A stretch of DNA of 64,000 nucleotides from Octopus vulgaris (GCA_951406725.2 OX597824.1:38254001-38318000), one strand, 5' to 3'. Positions 12,110 to 26,284 are shown, numbered from the stretch's first letter. Made by a program: numbers and translations. The notes: a model not told the origin generated them from the sequence alone.

Positions 12110-13850
12110 TACATTGTCAAAATTGAAACGTTTCTCTATTTTCTCTACACATGCGGTTGCACCTTGGGATTACAAGAGCGTCACTGTCTCTCTTGTTCAC
12201 CAGGTACTTTGTGGTAATTTCTTGTTCCTGGATTGCAAACGCATAGCCTTCAAAGTGTGATGTGATGTAGTGGTCTTGTGTCCAAGAGAAGACTGAGCTT
12301 CGTGTCAATTCTATTGTCTTCAAGCTTGCGAGCAACATACCAAAGCATGGTTTTTTTTTGTTTGATGAGTGCTTTCAATTCAGGTCATCTCTGAGGTAAG
12401 AGTGCTCGGCTATTTTGGGACAGTATAGGAGATCATCAGGTAGAGAGTGTTTCTTGAGGAGTTCACTGCCAACTCGTACAATGTTGCTCACTTCACTTTT
12501 CAGGACTGTATTACTATATTTATTTTTGCTGCTATTGTTTAGCAGGTGCTACCTGAGTAATACCATACGGTATTCGAAGGCCGTCTGCACTGATCTCAGG
12601 CCTCTACCACCTTCGTTTATTCTTAGGTAGAGCCTGTGGAAGTTCCCAGTTGCTGTCAGGATTTTGCGGGTTTTGATATCTATGGAGTGGATTTCCTCTA
12701 CAGACCAATCAAATATCCCAATTGTTGGGATCAGCACTGGTACTTCAAATGCACTGTGGTATATTGTTTTGTTGTAAGAGGAGAGTTCCGACTGCCATAT
12801 TTTCCCAAATCTGGTGTAATATTCTCGAGTCACTCTATCTTTATTCACAGTGCCTTCATATGATACATTTTCGTCTATGCCTAGTTACTTGTAACATTCT
12901 TTGTGTGGAATGGGGGAGATAGAGAGACTATTGATGCACAGGTTTGGGGTTTAGGGGACTGATTTCCTCGTTCTATAACCAAATATGAACATTTATTTTG
13001 GCAAAATTTCATGCCTGTGTCAGCTGAAAATGTTGTTATTAATTCCAGTTGTTTTTTGGCATTGTTAACACTTTTAGCATAAATCTTTAGGTCATCTACC
13101 AAGAAATTATGAGTTACATTGGTATTTCTGGTAGTAGAAGATCCTAGCATGTAACTATTTATTTTCTGCAGTAGGAACGATAATGGATTCAGTGCCAAAA
13201 TGAAAAGAAGTACAGAAAGACTATCTCCCTGGAATATTCCCTTTGTAATGCCTATACTGTCAGAAACAATTATTCTGTTGTCAGTTCTAAGGGTAAGAAT
13301 TGTTGTCCATGTCTTTGTGAGTCTCTCTATAGTAGCAATTGATGTAGTAGGTACGTTTGCCAGATGTAGGCATTTCAACAGCCATGAATGAGGGATAGAG
13401 TCGAATACCTTCCTATAGTCAAGCCATACTGCCACAAGCTTTCTACGTTTTTTTTCTTACTTCAGACAGTACAGCTTTCTTTATTAAAAGTTGTTCGGCA
13501 CATCTATACACTCCCTTTTTTTCACTAGTCTGTTCATCAGTCACAATGTTGTTCGACTCACAATGGTCCTGGAGGAATTGCTTTAGGTAACTTGTGTATA
13601 GTTTGTACATAACGTTTAGGCAAGCAATGGGCCTATAGTTTCCTATCATGTCGGTGATTTCATTTTTGGCAACAAGATTTGTCCTTGCTGTAGCAAGCCA
13701 ATGTGGTATATCAGTATGACCTTCCATAGTCCTTTTGAACATACATATCAATTGGTTTCTATAAAATATCCAACTATTAGGTCCTTTCTAGGTGCCTTCC
13801 CATTCTGCAGTTTGCCTACTGCTATGGCGAAGGTTTCTGCACCAATTTGG
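12110..13850 (-). pseudogene. R4/Dong-clade reverse transcriptase fragment
   Basis: WLDYRKVFDSIPHSW, GIFQGDSLS, FLVDDLKIYAK and RLYLRINEGGRGL in ORFs 12881-13435, 13443-13751 and 12549-12848. Confidence 0.9.
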
Positions 13851-13945
13851 TTGTATGTATGTATGTATGTGTATGTATGTATGTATGTATGTATGTATGT
13901 ATGTATGTATGCATGTATGCATATATGCTTGCATGTATGTATGTA

Positions 13946-13976
<31 letters not shown>

Positions 13977-13984
13977 ATGTATGT

Positions 13985-15734
13985 CCAGATTTGTATGTTT
14001 TATGTATGTATTCTCATGCATATAGTTACATATCTAGACATGCTCATATATTTAAATGATAAACTTCTGGAAAGTTTTACAGATTTTTACAGTTCCAGTG
14101 ATGGATTGGATCTGTAGTTTTCGAATTAGCTTTCTCCTTTCTGGTTTTGAGAAGCCTAATTTCTCAAGATTGGTATTTAGGCAATGTGTGATATATCCCA
14201 GGACCCCAATAATTACAGGTACAAACCTGAACTTGTAATCTGAATAGAGTAACTGCATATTTCTCAATAGTTCGGCATAGGTGTTCTCCTTTTCATTAAT
14301 CTTCAGCTTTATGTTAACATCCGCTGGGCAGCTGATTTCCACAACTGTGCACAGTTTCTTTTCTGTATCTCAAATCATTACATCAGGTCTGTTGTGTTTG
14401 CATTTTATTGATGTCTTCACTGGTACATTCCACCAGTATTCCTTTTCATTATGAGCGGCTATGGCTTCTTCCATATTATGGGTTCTTATTTCTTTGTCCT
14501 CGGGATTATCCTTTCGACGGATTTCATTATAGAGTGTCCTAGGTACAACGTTATGTCTCATCGGTAGATAATACCGTGATGACATACCATGATGCTTATG
14601 ATGTGGGTGATACCTTCAGTGTGAACTCCACAAAGTCTACATCGGTTGTCACATTTGACTGCATTTCCTACATCTCTATTCCTTTTGTGCATCAGGTATT
14701 TGGTTGATATTTTCTATTCCTGGATTGCAAACACATACCCATCAAAGTGGGAGGTAGTAATCCGGCTACTGGTCCATGATAAACTGCTTTGATGATCGAT
14801 ATTACTATCATCTCGAAGCCTTCTACTAACAAATTCATACATAGTCTTCTGCTCATATAGGCTCATCCTTTCATCAGATGATATGTTGCGGTAGAGTCGT
14901 GCAACTTCTTTGGGCATGTATTCTAGGTTATCAGACACAGTGTTGCTCAAGGAGCTGCCTTCCAAGTCTTTTGATGTTATCAGCCTCATGTATGCAAACT
15001 TGGTCAAGGGATGAACTTCGACGCTTGGTGGTTAAAAGATGTTGCCGAAGGGTTATGATGCGACATTCAAAGGCATTTTGGATCGATGTTAAGCCTCTGT
15101 CGTCTTGTTTACGTTTTAGTTAGAGGCAGTCTACGTCACTGTTTATGTGGAAATTATGAGTGCCTGTTAGTATTTTTCGGGTTTTCACATCAAGTGTCAA
15201 ATCAAGCAGCCCAAAAGTTGGTATGGTTCTTCTCTCGGTTATTCTCTTCTGATGCCGGAGTTTTTCACCGACAGTTTTTATCTCCTGTTTGAAGGTAATC
15301 AGTTTGCAAGTGAGTGTTCTCTTTTTGCTGATTCCAAACATCATTTCTATCTTCTTCTTTACTTTCTGTTGGTGGGACGTATAGTGATTTGCTTGCTTGC
15401 ATGCAATAAGCATCATTACATGACTGATTGTCTTCCATAAACCAGTTATCTTTTTCTCTGTCTTCAAAACCCATGATGGTACTTTGTTATTTCGGTTTTG
15501 TTTACTTCTTGAATATCGTTCATGCACTGTTATAAAATAGAAGCCAGAACATATAGACAGGTGTTAATCTGCCAGTATGTGGGTTCATCATACTGTTGTA
15601 AATACTCATCACCAATTTCGTTAACAGCTTTTAATATCGTATATGTTTTTTTTTTTACATACTTTAGTAGAGAATACTCTCTTCTTGAGAGAGTCCTTCA
15701 AAGCTAAAGTTATTTTTTTCCGGAAAATTTCAGT
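13985..15734 (-). mobile_element. R4/Dong-clade LINE, internally deleted, retaining zinc finger, restriction-like endonuclease and 3' end
   Basis: CRLC..HIIS at about 14600-14650, then RHN, RPD and EISCP; stop at 14052 followed by a short 3'UTR and (CATA)n. Confidence 0.85.
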
Positions 15735-15865
15735 ATGTATGTATGTATGTATGTATGTATGTATGTATGTATGTATGTATGTATGTATGTATGTATGTAT
15801 GTATGTATGTATGTATGTATGTATGTATGTATTTATGCGCATATATATGTATATATATGTATGTA

Positions 15866-15958
<93 letters not shown>

Positions 15959-16039
15959 CTTTATATGTATCTATCTGTCTATATATATACATATATGTAT
16001 ATATAAATGTATATTTGTACACATATATATAAATGTATG

Positions 16040-16105
<66 letters not shown>

Positions 16106-16134
16106 TATATATTCTTTTATTCTCTTATTCTTGA

Positions 16135-16526
16135 ACTTGTTTCAGTCATTTGACTGCAGCCATACCGGAACACTGCTTTAAAGGATTTTAGTCTTTGTAA
16201 GATTAGTACTTATTTTATCGCTCTCTTTGGCCAAACCGCCATTTTACGGGGACCTAAACACACCAGCATCGGTTGTCAAGCGACGGTCGGCAGGACAAAA
16301 GCTGATATACAAACACACCCAAACATATACATACATACATAGGAAAAAATCTATCAGAAAGTAACTCTATCTCTCTTAAAAAAACATCCTTTGATAAGCA
16401 TAACAAATGCGCAACCGGTAAAAAGAACTTTCACCTAATTAAATTACTTAAATTACTTAAATTATTTTAGCATTTTCTTCATTTCCTTTTTTATATATCA
16501 CAACTCGTGTTCCACATCTCCTTTTT

Positions 16527-16597
<71 letters not shown>

Positions 16598-16707
16598 TAT
16601 ATATATATATATATGTATGTATATATATATATGCATACATACATACATACATACATACATACATACATACATACATACATACATACGTACATACATACAT
16701 ACATACA

Positions 16708-16758
<51 letters not shown>

Positions 16759-16910
16759 TCTTGGGCTTCTTTCAGTTTGCGTCTGCCAAATCCATTTGTA
16801 AGGCTTTGGTCGGCCCGAGACTGTAGTAGAAGGCACTTGCTCAAGGTGCCACGCAGTGGGACTGAACACGGAACTATCCGGTCGGGAAGCAAGCTTCTAC
16901 CACGCAGCCT
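16135..16910 (-). mobile_element. CORE-type SINE with expanded internal microsatellite
   Basis: Tail 16135-16300 and head 16760-16910 are homologous to the 11252 copy. Confidence 0.7.
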
Positions 16911-17489
16911 GTATGTACAGATACACCCCCACACACACACGCACACACAGAAAATACATTTATATCTATTTAGTTCTCTGTCATGATGTATCTATCTATC
17001 AATCTGTCTATCTACACTTACACTCAAAAACACGCACAATCACACATTCTCTCTCTCACACCCAAACACCCACACACGCATCAATTATATACCCAAACAA
17101 GTTGTCTAGAATGGCGTCTCTGTCGACTTTCCCTGTATTTCATCATCACTGAAATTAATGAACGTTTTAGGATGGGGTGACTTGTTCTTGAAATCTTGAA
17201 GGGAGCAATGTATGACCCCTTAAAGATATGTAATGCTTTGAATTATGCAGTAATAGTACATTTATTGGTATGTATGTATGTATGTATGTATGTATGTATG
17301 TATGTACATATATGTATGTTTGTATGCATATATGTATGTAAGTATATATGTATGTATGTGTATAAGTGTGTGTGTGTGTTTATATATATAATACACACAC
17401 ACATATATATGCATGCATGCATACACACACACACACACACACATATGTATGTATTCAATTATCATTTAAGGAAGGGTGGTGCTTTTTAG

Positions 17490-17561
<72 letters not shown>

Positions 17562-17739
17562 ATATATATATATATATACATATGCGTGTGTTTGTATGTG
17601 AGTGTGTGTTCGAGTCCACACATACATACATACATACATACATACATACATACATACATACATACATACATACATACACACACATCCATCCATCCATTCA
17701 TCCATCCACCCATCCATCCATACACACTCATTCAAAGAT

Positions 17740-18035
17740 CCTAGCAATGCCATCAAAATACAGGACCAGATACTGCAACAGCTTGGGTTTCAAGCTCTTC
17801 AATATCCTTCCAAAATGCCTGGGAGTCCTGCATGGTATGGATGTGTCTTTAAAACAAAACTGGATCGCTTCCTGTGAAGCGTTCCAAACGAGCCTACCTC
17901 ACGGTAGGAAACGTAGATGAGGGCAGTGGCATGAAACTCCCTCATTGACCAAATGTCACACATAATGGTGTAGCACAGCCAACGGTGGTGCCCCAGCATG
18001 ACCGCAATTTTGAAATTGAAACATTTAAAAGAAAT
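17740..18035 (+). mobile_element. CR1-like LINE 3' fragment
   Basis: PSKYRTRYCNSLGFK.LFNILPKCL; homologous to 20880-21500. Confidence 0.6.
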
Positions 18036-18051
18036 TTAAAGAAAAATTAAA

Positions 18052-18095
<44 letters not shown>

Positions 18096-18098
<3 letters not shown>

Positions 18099-18242
18099 CA
18101 GAGTTTACGAAAAAACAAAAGATGAAGACAGGTGGTGTACAAAACAAACAGATGTATTAGTATAACGCTCAGGAATTGAAAAGGTCTTTTACGTTTCGAG
18201 CCTACGCTCTTCTATAGAAAGGCACAGAAAAAACAAGGAGAG

Positions 18243-18296
<54 letters not shown>

Positions 18297-18544
18297 GGTA
18301 AAGACCCTCTTCGGTCATGAATGACCATGGGATTGCACCTAGAAAGTTACCCTCCTAGACACAAGTCTGGGCAAGGTTGTTTATGGAAGACCAGCAGTCG
18401 CCCATGCATACCAGCCTCCCCTCTCCACGCCACCAGTGTTATCCAAGGGAAAGACAAAGGTCGATACAGCTTGGCACCAGTGACGTCGCAACTCTCTACA
18501 GCTGAGTGAACTGGAACAACGTGAAATAAAGTGCCTTGCTCAAG

Positions 18545-18612
<68 letters not shown>

Positions 18613-18813
18613 ACGGGAAGGTTTACGAAAATAAACAAAAGACGAAGGCAGGTGGAGTACAAACAAACAATTGTATTAGTATGGCGCTGAGGAATAGAAA
18701 TAAAACAGTCTTTTACGTTTCGAGCCTACGCTCTTCGACAGAAAGATACACAGAAAAGAAACAAGGAGAGAAAAAAATACGTGCAGGAGCTAACGATTCA
18801 ACATGGCGTTGAA

Positions 18814-18844
<31 letters not shown>

Positions 18845-19628
18845 GTACTTGTTTCAGTCATTTGACTGCGGCCATGCTGGAGCACCGCCTTTAGAGTGGT
18901 GAAAGAGTACAGCAGGGATCACCACCTCCTGCCGGAGCCTCGTGGAGCTTTTAGGTGTTTTTCGCTCAATAAACACACACAACGCCCGGTCTGGGAATCG
19001 AAACCGCGATCCTCCGACCGCAAGTCCGCTGCCCTAACCACTAGGCCATTGCGCCTCCTATATATATATATATATATAGGGAGAGTTTACGAAAAAAACA
19101 AAAGACGAAGAAAGGTGGTGTACAAAACAAATAGATGTATTAGTATAACGCTCAGGAATAGAAAAAGTCTTTTACGTTTCGAGCCTACGCTCTTCGTTTA
19201 TTATACATGTGTGTAGTGTGTAACGCAACGGTAGTTTTTAAATCGATAACTAAAATGCAAGTGGCCATTGCGCTAAGGAGAAAGTGTTGTTTTAAACTGA
19301 TACGGACTTTAAACTATGCAATGAAAGTTTCCGTAAGAGCGAAGTTACGAACCGTATTCAGAAATGAATGGTTTGGATGCTGGCTTTGCTGGGTGGAGGT
19401 GCTTATCTCCCCTGTTTGAAAACATAAGGACACAGTACGTTTGTGTCACATAGCCAACTGGAAACGGTGTTTCCTGGGGCTAAATAGCAGTAGCATTCTT
19501 CCCTTTCCTGGGACTGCCACATTAAGTTGGCAACAAACCATCACTTTATCGTACTGCTACTGTATAAGTCTCTCTGAGAGATTTAGAAATGCAATATTTC
19601 TAATTTTTTATATATATATATATATATA

Positions 19629-19727
<99 letters not shown>

Positions 19728-19927
19728 GTATATTTATATATATATAAATATATAAATACATATATATATATATAGGGAGAATTCACAAAAAAAACCAAAA
19801 GACGAAAATAGGTGGTGTGGACAACAAACAGATGTATTAGTTTAACGCTCGGGAAGTGAAAAAGTCTTTAACGTTTCGAGCCTACGCTCTTCTACAGAAA
19901 CGAACACAGAAAGAAACAAGGAGAGAA
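18096..19927 (-). mobile_element. four 120-200 bp copies of a hammerhead-bearing repeat, each in (TA)n (18096-18245, 18611-18812, 19078-19197, 19773-19927)
   Basis: All four share ...GTCTTT(T/A)ACGTTTCGAGCCTACGCTCTTC... in the same orientation. Confidence 0.85.
18709..18746 (-). ncRNA. minimal type I hammerhead-like motif (U at position 6)
   Basis: TCTTT-CTGTCGA-A-GAGC gtag GCTC-GAAA-CG-TA-AAAGA; sister motifs at 18185-18221 and 19865-19900, truncated at 19168-19196. Confidence 0.7.
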
Positions 19928-19965
19928 TATATATATATATATATATACATCAGTCTATCAGTCTA

Positions 19966-20046
<81 letters not shown>

Positions 20047-20178
20047 CTCCAGGTCTTCAGCGTCACTCGGGCTCATCACAGATTTCGCAAAAGACACATG
20101 GTCTGCTCGAAGAATTTCACGTTTTTCCGCAATATTTCTAGCCCCAAATGGGTTATTTTTTTTATATCAAGCACCATG

Positions 20179-20230
<52 letters not shown>

Positions 20231-20787
20231 CACACAACATACACACAAGTATGTAATTAGTAATTGGTCGCAATTGTATACTTGAAGTCAGTGTTGGTAG
20301 TAATTAAATCAGCTTGCAAATACACGTTCGCTTTACTAAATTTATACTCGGGCTATGCCCGAAGAGTCTGAGTGCCGGAGCCGCCACTGATATATATGCA
20401 CACATACACATACACATACACACATTTATCTAATATATTTGAATTCTCTCATGATTGCACTTCGAAATCCTTAAAGTATCAGTTACACCCCACATTACTA
20501 AAACACAGAGTAGTATATACACCCTGTTTGTTTTATGGAAATAAAAAACAACTCAAAAAAATAAAAAAATTCAGGAATTCATTCCACGCCTATAATAAGC
20601 CTATATACAGGACATTGATAACAATTTGAGCTTAATCGGAGTGTGGGTATTCACAAATTTTATTAACTGCGTAAAAAGGATTCCGTCATTTTCCAACAAA
20701 ACCCTTTTTAGGGGATGGTTTAGCTAAACTTTGGCATTTTTCAACGGAATGTTATTTTATTTTTATATTTTTGTATTAGCTTACATT

Positions 20788-20852
<65 letters not shown>

Positions 20853-20869
20853 TTATTCTATTAATTTCA

Positions 20870-21500
20870 GCTGAAGGGCTGTGGTTATGCTAGGGAACCG
20901 TCAGTTGGTGTTGCTGCATCTTCATTAACCCTTCTTTAATTGTTGGCCATTTGGTAAATGAGGGATTTTGATGCTGCAGCCTTCATTTCTGCTTCTTGCT
21001 GTGAAGTTGGCTCATCTGGGACTTTTGACAGTGAGAGATCCAGTTTAGTTTTGAAGACATCGATACCCACATCATGTAATTCTTTTCCCGCTCCTTCGGG
21101 AGGATACTGAAGGGCTGTGGGTCCTTGAATCCCAAGCTATTGCAGTATCTGGTCCGGTATTTTGACAGCTGGGGATGGCTTTTAGGCACTTTGCAACGGT
21201 GCTCGGTTCAGGCGTTTGTATAACTTTCAACGCCAAAGTTTGGGACAAGTCCTTCCAGTATTTTCCATACGTGTATTGCAGCATACCTTTCCCGCCTTCA
21301 TTCCAAGGGGTAAAGTCTTAATCTCTTGAATCATTATCTGTAGCTAATTGGCTATACTAAGGTTAGCTTCTTCATGTAGCTTCGCTGAACTGCTTCGAAT
21401 CCCGCTATTAATTTCACACTGACCATAGTTGGGAGCAACAGTCAAGACGGCTTAAGACAAAAAATACTCTAGGGGAGCATCATGGTTTCCTGGCCATGGT
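20870..21500 (-). mobile_element. CR1-like LINE 3' fragment
   Basis: Degenerate YGKYWK/WKIL region and SKYRTRYCNSLGFKDPQPFSILPK. Confidence 0.6.
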
Positions 21501-21558
21501 CTCCTGAGTATACATACATACATACATACATACATACATACATACATACATACATACA

Positions 21559-21594
<36 letters not shown>

Positions 21595-21654
21595 CACACA
21601 TATATATAGGCTATATTAAATCTTTGAGTGAGAGGTTAACAGTAAAGGTACGGA

Positions 21655-21898
21655 ATCGTAAGATATATTTGCCAACTAAATGTGGTGGTCCCACAGAGGA
21701 CCATGTTAGAGTTGTTTTTAGCCCCAGAAAAACATCTCCCCCAGCTGGCTAACGACATACTGTGCCCGATTGGTATTTGCAAGGGGAGGTCATTGCTCCC
21801 ATCTCTAGCCTTAAGTCATACACACAATCCCGGGTTTCTGGGTAGTTACCCATCTTCAGTGTGAAGACGCCACATTTAGTTGGCAAATATATTTTACG

Positions 21899-21900
<2 letters not shown>
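21655..21900. mobile_element. element with about 31-bp inverted ends containing a hammerhead motif
   Basis: ATCGTAAGATATATTTGCCAACTAAATGTGG pairs with CCACATTTAGTTGGCAAATATATTTTACGAT. Confidence 0.65.
21823..21863 (-). ncRNA. minimal hammerhead motif with substituted U16
   Basis: CACA-CTGAAGA-TGGGT aact ACCCA-GAAA-CCCGGG-AT-TGTG. Confidence 0.65.
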
Positions 21901-21974
<74 letters not shown>

Positions 21975-22124
21975 GAGAAGAAAAGAAGGGTAAAGATACC
22001 GCTGGCTAAAAGTCAAAGCGAAAGCTTAAAAAAACCACTAATCATATTATATCTATTTAGGTAGAAGTCTTGCTAGCCACCTCATCATTACTGATTTTAA
22101 CAGTAATAATACTTCACATATTTA

Positions 22125-22164
<40 letters not shown>

Positions 22165-22559
22165 AATTTATGAGTATATGTATATATATATATTGGTGTT
22201 GTGAAACTGTTACATGTGTTTAAGCTTTTATTCTCCAATGACGGAATACTCGGCCTATGGAATCCTCGCTTTACACAATGTTCCAATAGCTGGGATATGC
22301 TAGAAAAACCTGTTAGAGACTATGTATACTTTTTATTATATCGCTAAATTAAATGTCCTTGTCAAGTCTTGCCAAACTGTTTGCCTTCTTCATTTCTGCT
22401 GTAATCTATACCTACCGACTCAAGGGGAAGCCATTTCTAGCCGCTATAGAAAGGAAGTCACAAGATCGCGTGGCATACCAAATTGAACACTCCTATTGCA
22501 TACCTATTAGTTTGAGCCAGCCTGACAAAAATACCTCGTATCTTATATATATATATATT

Positions 22560-23535
22560 TCAGAGTATTTGGGTATCAATCTGAGAACTACAGAGGATTC
22601 AGAAAGAGCTGGATGAGTTTAATAGTGACTACTAAGGTACGGCAGCTCGGAAAACTCACTCTGATTGTTCTGATAAGAAAAAAAAAATGAATTTGTTGGC
22701 GAATTCCAGGTCATGATTGTCAACGATCCCTCCAAATCAATGGGGGACATAGGAGTGTCTTAGTTTTTCGTCAGGCAAGTAGTGCATGAAGACATTTGGT
22801 ATTCCTCATCCAAGATGAGGAAGGGTCAAATTGTTTTCCAGGTCATCAAGAACAAGAGGAAAGGCCGAGCGACGAAGCTTTTGAACAAAGTCAAGCATCC
22901 CCTCTAACCAAGCATGTTTTGGCTTTTTCTCAGACGAGAAAAAAATTCTGCCAGGATCAGATGTTGAACACACAGAACAACCGTCGGTTTGCCGTGTCCC
23001 CAAAACGTACCGAGAGTGATGAAAATCAAACATGCAGTCAACATTATGGTGTTTGGAGTGATCACTAGTGATGGCGACGTTATGCTCCTATTCATTTTCC
23101 CCCACAGCCTCAGACTCAACACAGAGGCTTTAATCAAGTGCCTAGAGGAGGTAGTGCTACCCTGGGTCAAGAGGGTGGCTGCTGGAAGACTCTATATCTG
23201 GCAACAGGACTCTGTACCATGCTACACAAGCAGAAGAACCCAGCCATGGCTGTCAGACAATTTCTACGACCACATCACCCCTAACATCTGGCCACCTAAC
23301 TCCCCAGACTGCAACTCCTTTGATTATTATGTGTGGGGCGCAGTAGAGCGAGAGACCAACTAAACTCATTTGAAGGCAAGGATTATGGCAGCATTCACCA
23401 ACTTACACAAGGAGACCATCCAGGAGATTGCAGGAGATTCTGAAGTCGTCTGGAGGGTGTGGTTGAAGCAAATGACGATTTTATTGAATAAATTTACTCT
23501 TTTAGTATTTCAAGATGTTTTATGTAATTTTGGTA
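22560..23535 (+). mobile_element. DD37D (maT-type) transposase remnant
   Basis: ORF 22989-23363 WQQD-x37-D (WPPNSPDCNSFDYYVWG); frameshifted upstream. Confidence 0.85.
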
Positions 23536-24249
23536 AATATATATATATATATATGGATCAAAGCAGTTTGATTCAAACACCTTGGTACTCTGAGTTTCAA
23601 GCGTGTCACTAGTCTTCGGTCATTTGTGTGTGACGGTTTGTGGAGAAATACGACGGTTTGTATATTGATGTTTGAAAAGACTACATATCTGATCTTTCGA
23701 ACGTGGGTGTCGTCAAATACAGTATTTGGAAGGATGCTTCGCAAATATATCAAGAATATCACCAAGAATGTAATGGATGAGTTGGTTGTTTTCGTATCCC
23801 ATAGAATAAATGACAGACGAAAATAATATTTGCAATGAACTTTATTTTACCGTTACAGTACAAAAAAACTGCTTTAATTGTTGTATAATAATTTAATCTT
23901 TATCTCATTTTCTCGTCAGTTTTCTCGAGTATCAAACGAAGTGATAGATAAGGGTAGAGAAAGATGTTCTAGCTATCATTACATTTTACGATAGATGGGT
24001 GAGAACAATTAACGTCTGTGTGAATAAAATGGTTCATTATTCAGTCTTGACTGATAACGCTGTGTAATAGAATTAATTTTCTTTGTATTTGGTGAATAAG
24101 CGTTATTTCCTATTCGATTCTATTTAGAAATCAAAGGAAATAACTACTATCACCTTAATAGGGAATTTTTGGTTTTGTGACATGGGCATCAATGTTTTGA
24201 AACTGACCTGTCCATTACATTTTAGAGATTCAATGCTGAGTTGCTGGAG

Positions 24250-24450
24250 TAGAAATGGCGTTATAGCAAATATTCTGCTCAATACCACAGATTTGCTTGT
24301 CAGTTACTTGACCATAACAACTTGAATATGTTCCTTAGTGGTTGACAATATGTGCATCTCTGATGATGAGCAGGAGTAGTGGTGGAGGGGGGCACCATAG
24401 GCATATGTTGTGAGGGATTCTTTGGGGTTTGAATAAATATCGCAATAAAA
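24250..24450. repeat. unclassified interspersed repeat (longer copy at 58065-58570)
   Basis: TATT(C/A)TGCTCAATACCA...ATATGTGCATCTCTGAT...ATTCTTTGGGG is shared by both copies. Confidence 0.7.
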
Positions 24451-25330
24451 GCAAAGTTTGAAGGAAATATCCATTTTTCATATTTTCTAGGGGTAAGCAA
24501 ATAGGTAATAACAATTGCTACCCCTGGAGAAAAATCGTGTCACACGGTGCAATTGAAATCAGAAAAAAAAACTGTGATGATATCTGAGGGTAAGTGCGGT
24601 TTGTTGGGAGATATTTCACGCCTTATGTGACTACCCTCATTTGCAGCATTTTATTTATATACTTATTTATTTAGTTGCTCTGTAGTTATAATCCGTATAC
24701 AGCATCCAACCGTCCAATCAAACGTCATCCGAAGAACACTGTACGTGCGCATGCGTATGTTTGCGTTTGTGTGTGTATATATATGTGTACACAATTGTGC
24801 GTATGCGTTTGCATGTATATGTGTGCTATGTAATTAATGCTTTTGCGTCATACAAAAATGTACTCAGTTGACTTAGCAACCGTTTCTCTAGATAACTCTT
24901 TGAGACTCAAACAGCAATTAAAACATGATGAGGGTAGGGAAAATAGGTACTAGGATGTAGGCCACACCCTATTCATAGAAAAAGAGACATTTTTTTTTAT
25001 CCATCTGGCAACCAGTTTTGACTCACTCTTTTACATTCATTCTTTTCTCCCTGTCTCACACTCTCTCTGCCACTATACCAGATCGTTCTGTCGTCATTTA
25101 TCAATCTATCCGCTTACTGTTTTATATATAAACTCGTTTCCTGACATGCAAACATGCAAAGACACACATAAAACACATCATATAGACATACAAACGGAGA
25201 CATATACTCACATGCACACTTAGATATACGACACATACGCACGTACACCAACATATATATATGCGTATATACTATACATGTGTGTGTGTGTTTGTGTGTG
25301 CGTGCGTGCGTGCGCGTACGTTTATGTGTA

Positions 25331-25363
<33 letters not shown>

Positions 25364-25424
25364 TTGTCTGTGTGTGTGTGTATGTGTGAGTATAAGTGTA
25401 TATGTATATTATATATGTATGTGT

Positions 25425-25461
<37 letters not shown>

Positions 25462-25466
25462 CATAC

Positions 25467-25810
25467 AGGGATTGGACAAAATAGTGGAAACACCTTAAAA
25501 TTTCAAACCAATTTATTTTAATATGGGGTAGGACCGTCTTTGGCTGTAATTAGAGCTTGGATTCTACGAGTATGGACTCGTACAAAGTTTGAATTGTCTC
25601 CAAAGGAATTTTTGTCTATTTTCCAGCCAAAACAGTCTCCAGTTCTTGTAGTGATGTTGGTGGAGGATATCGATCCCTTACTTGTTTTTCTAAAATGCAC
25701 CATAAATGTTCAATGATATTGAGATCTAGGGACTGTGGTGGCTAGATAAGATGTTCAACTTCACTAGAATGTTCCTCGTGCAATTCAGTAACAACTTTAG
25801 CTGTGTGAAA
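25467..25810 (-). mobile_element. Tc1-like transposon 3' fragment
   Basis: TA|CAGGGATTGGACAAAATAGTGGAAACACC terminus; RRIQALITAKDGPTPY* C-terminus; SPDLNIIE-like codons at about 25705-25740. Confidence 0.7.
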
Positions 25811-25984
25811 TACATGAGCAACAAACCCAGCTTCAAAAAACTGAAAAAAGAGATTTCAGAAATGCAAGGAAACTTGTAACAAAGGAGTTCAGTAGATGCT
25901 TTAAAAATTTCAAGAGATGGAGAGTTTCGGAACATAAGACATTGAATTTGAAGAAGCAACAAGTCTTCTTTACTCTACTCTTTT

Positions 25985-26187
25985 ACTTGTTTCAGTCATT
26001 TGACTGTGGCCATGCTGGAGCACCGTCTTTAGTCGAGCGAATCGACCCCAGGACTTATTCTTTCTAAGCCTAGTACTTATTCTACCGTTCTCTTTTGCCG
26101 AACCGCTAAGTTACTCGGACGTAAACACACCAGCATCGGTTGTCAAGCGATGTTGGAGGGACAAACACAGACACACAAACACACACT

Positions 26188-26218
<31 letters not shown>

Positions 26219-26242
26219 ACACACACACAGACACACAGAGAC

Positions 26243-26284
<42 letters not shown>

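Noticed and set aside
20041-20100. TGATGAGCCCGAG motif on the minus strand as a hammerhead
   Set aside because: No properly placed GAAA, helix III or helix I.
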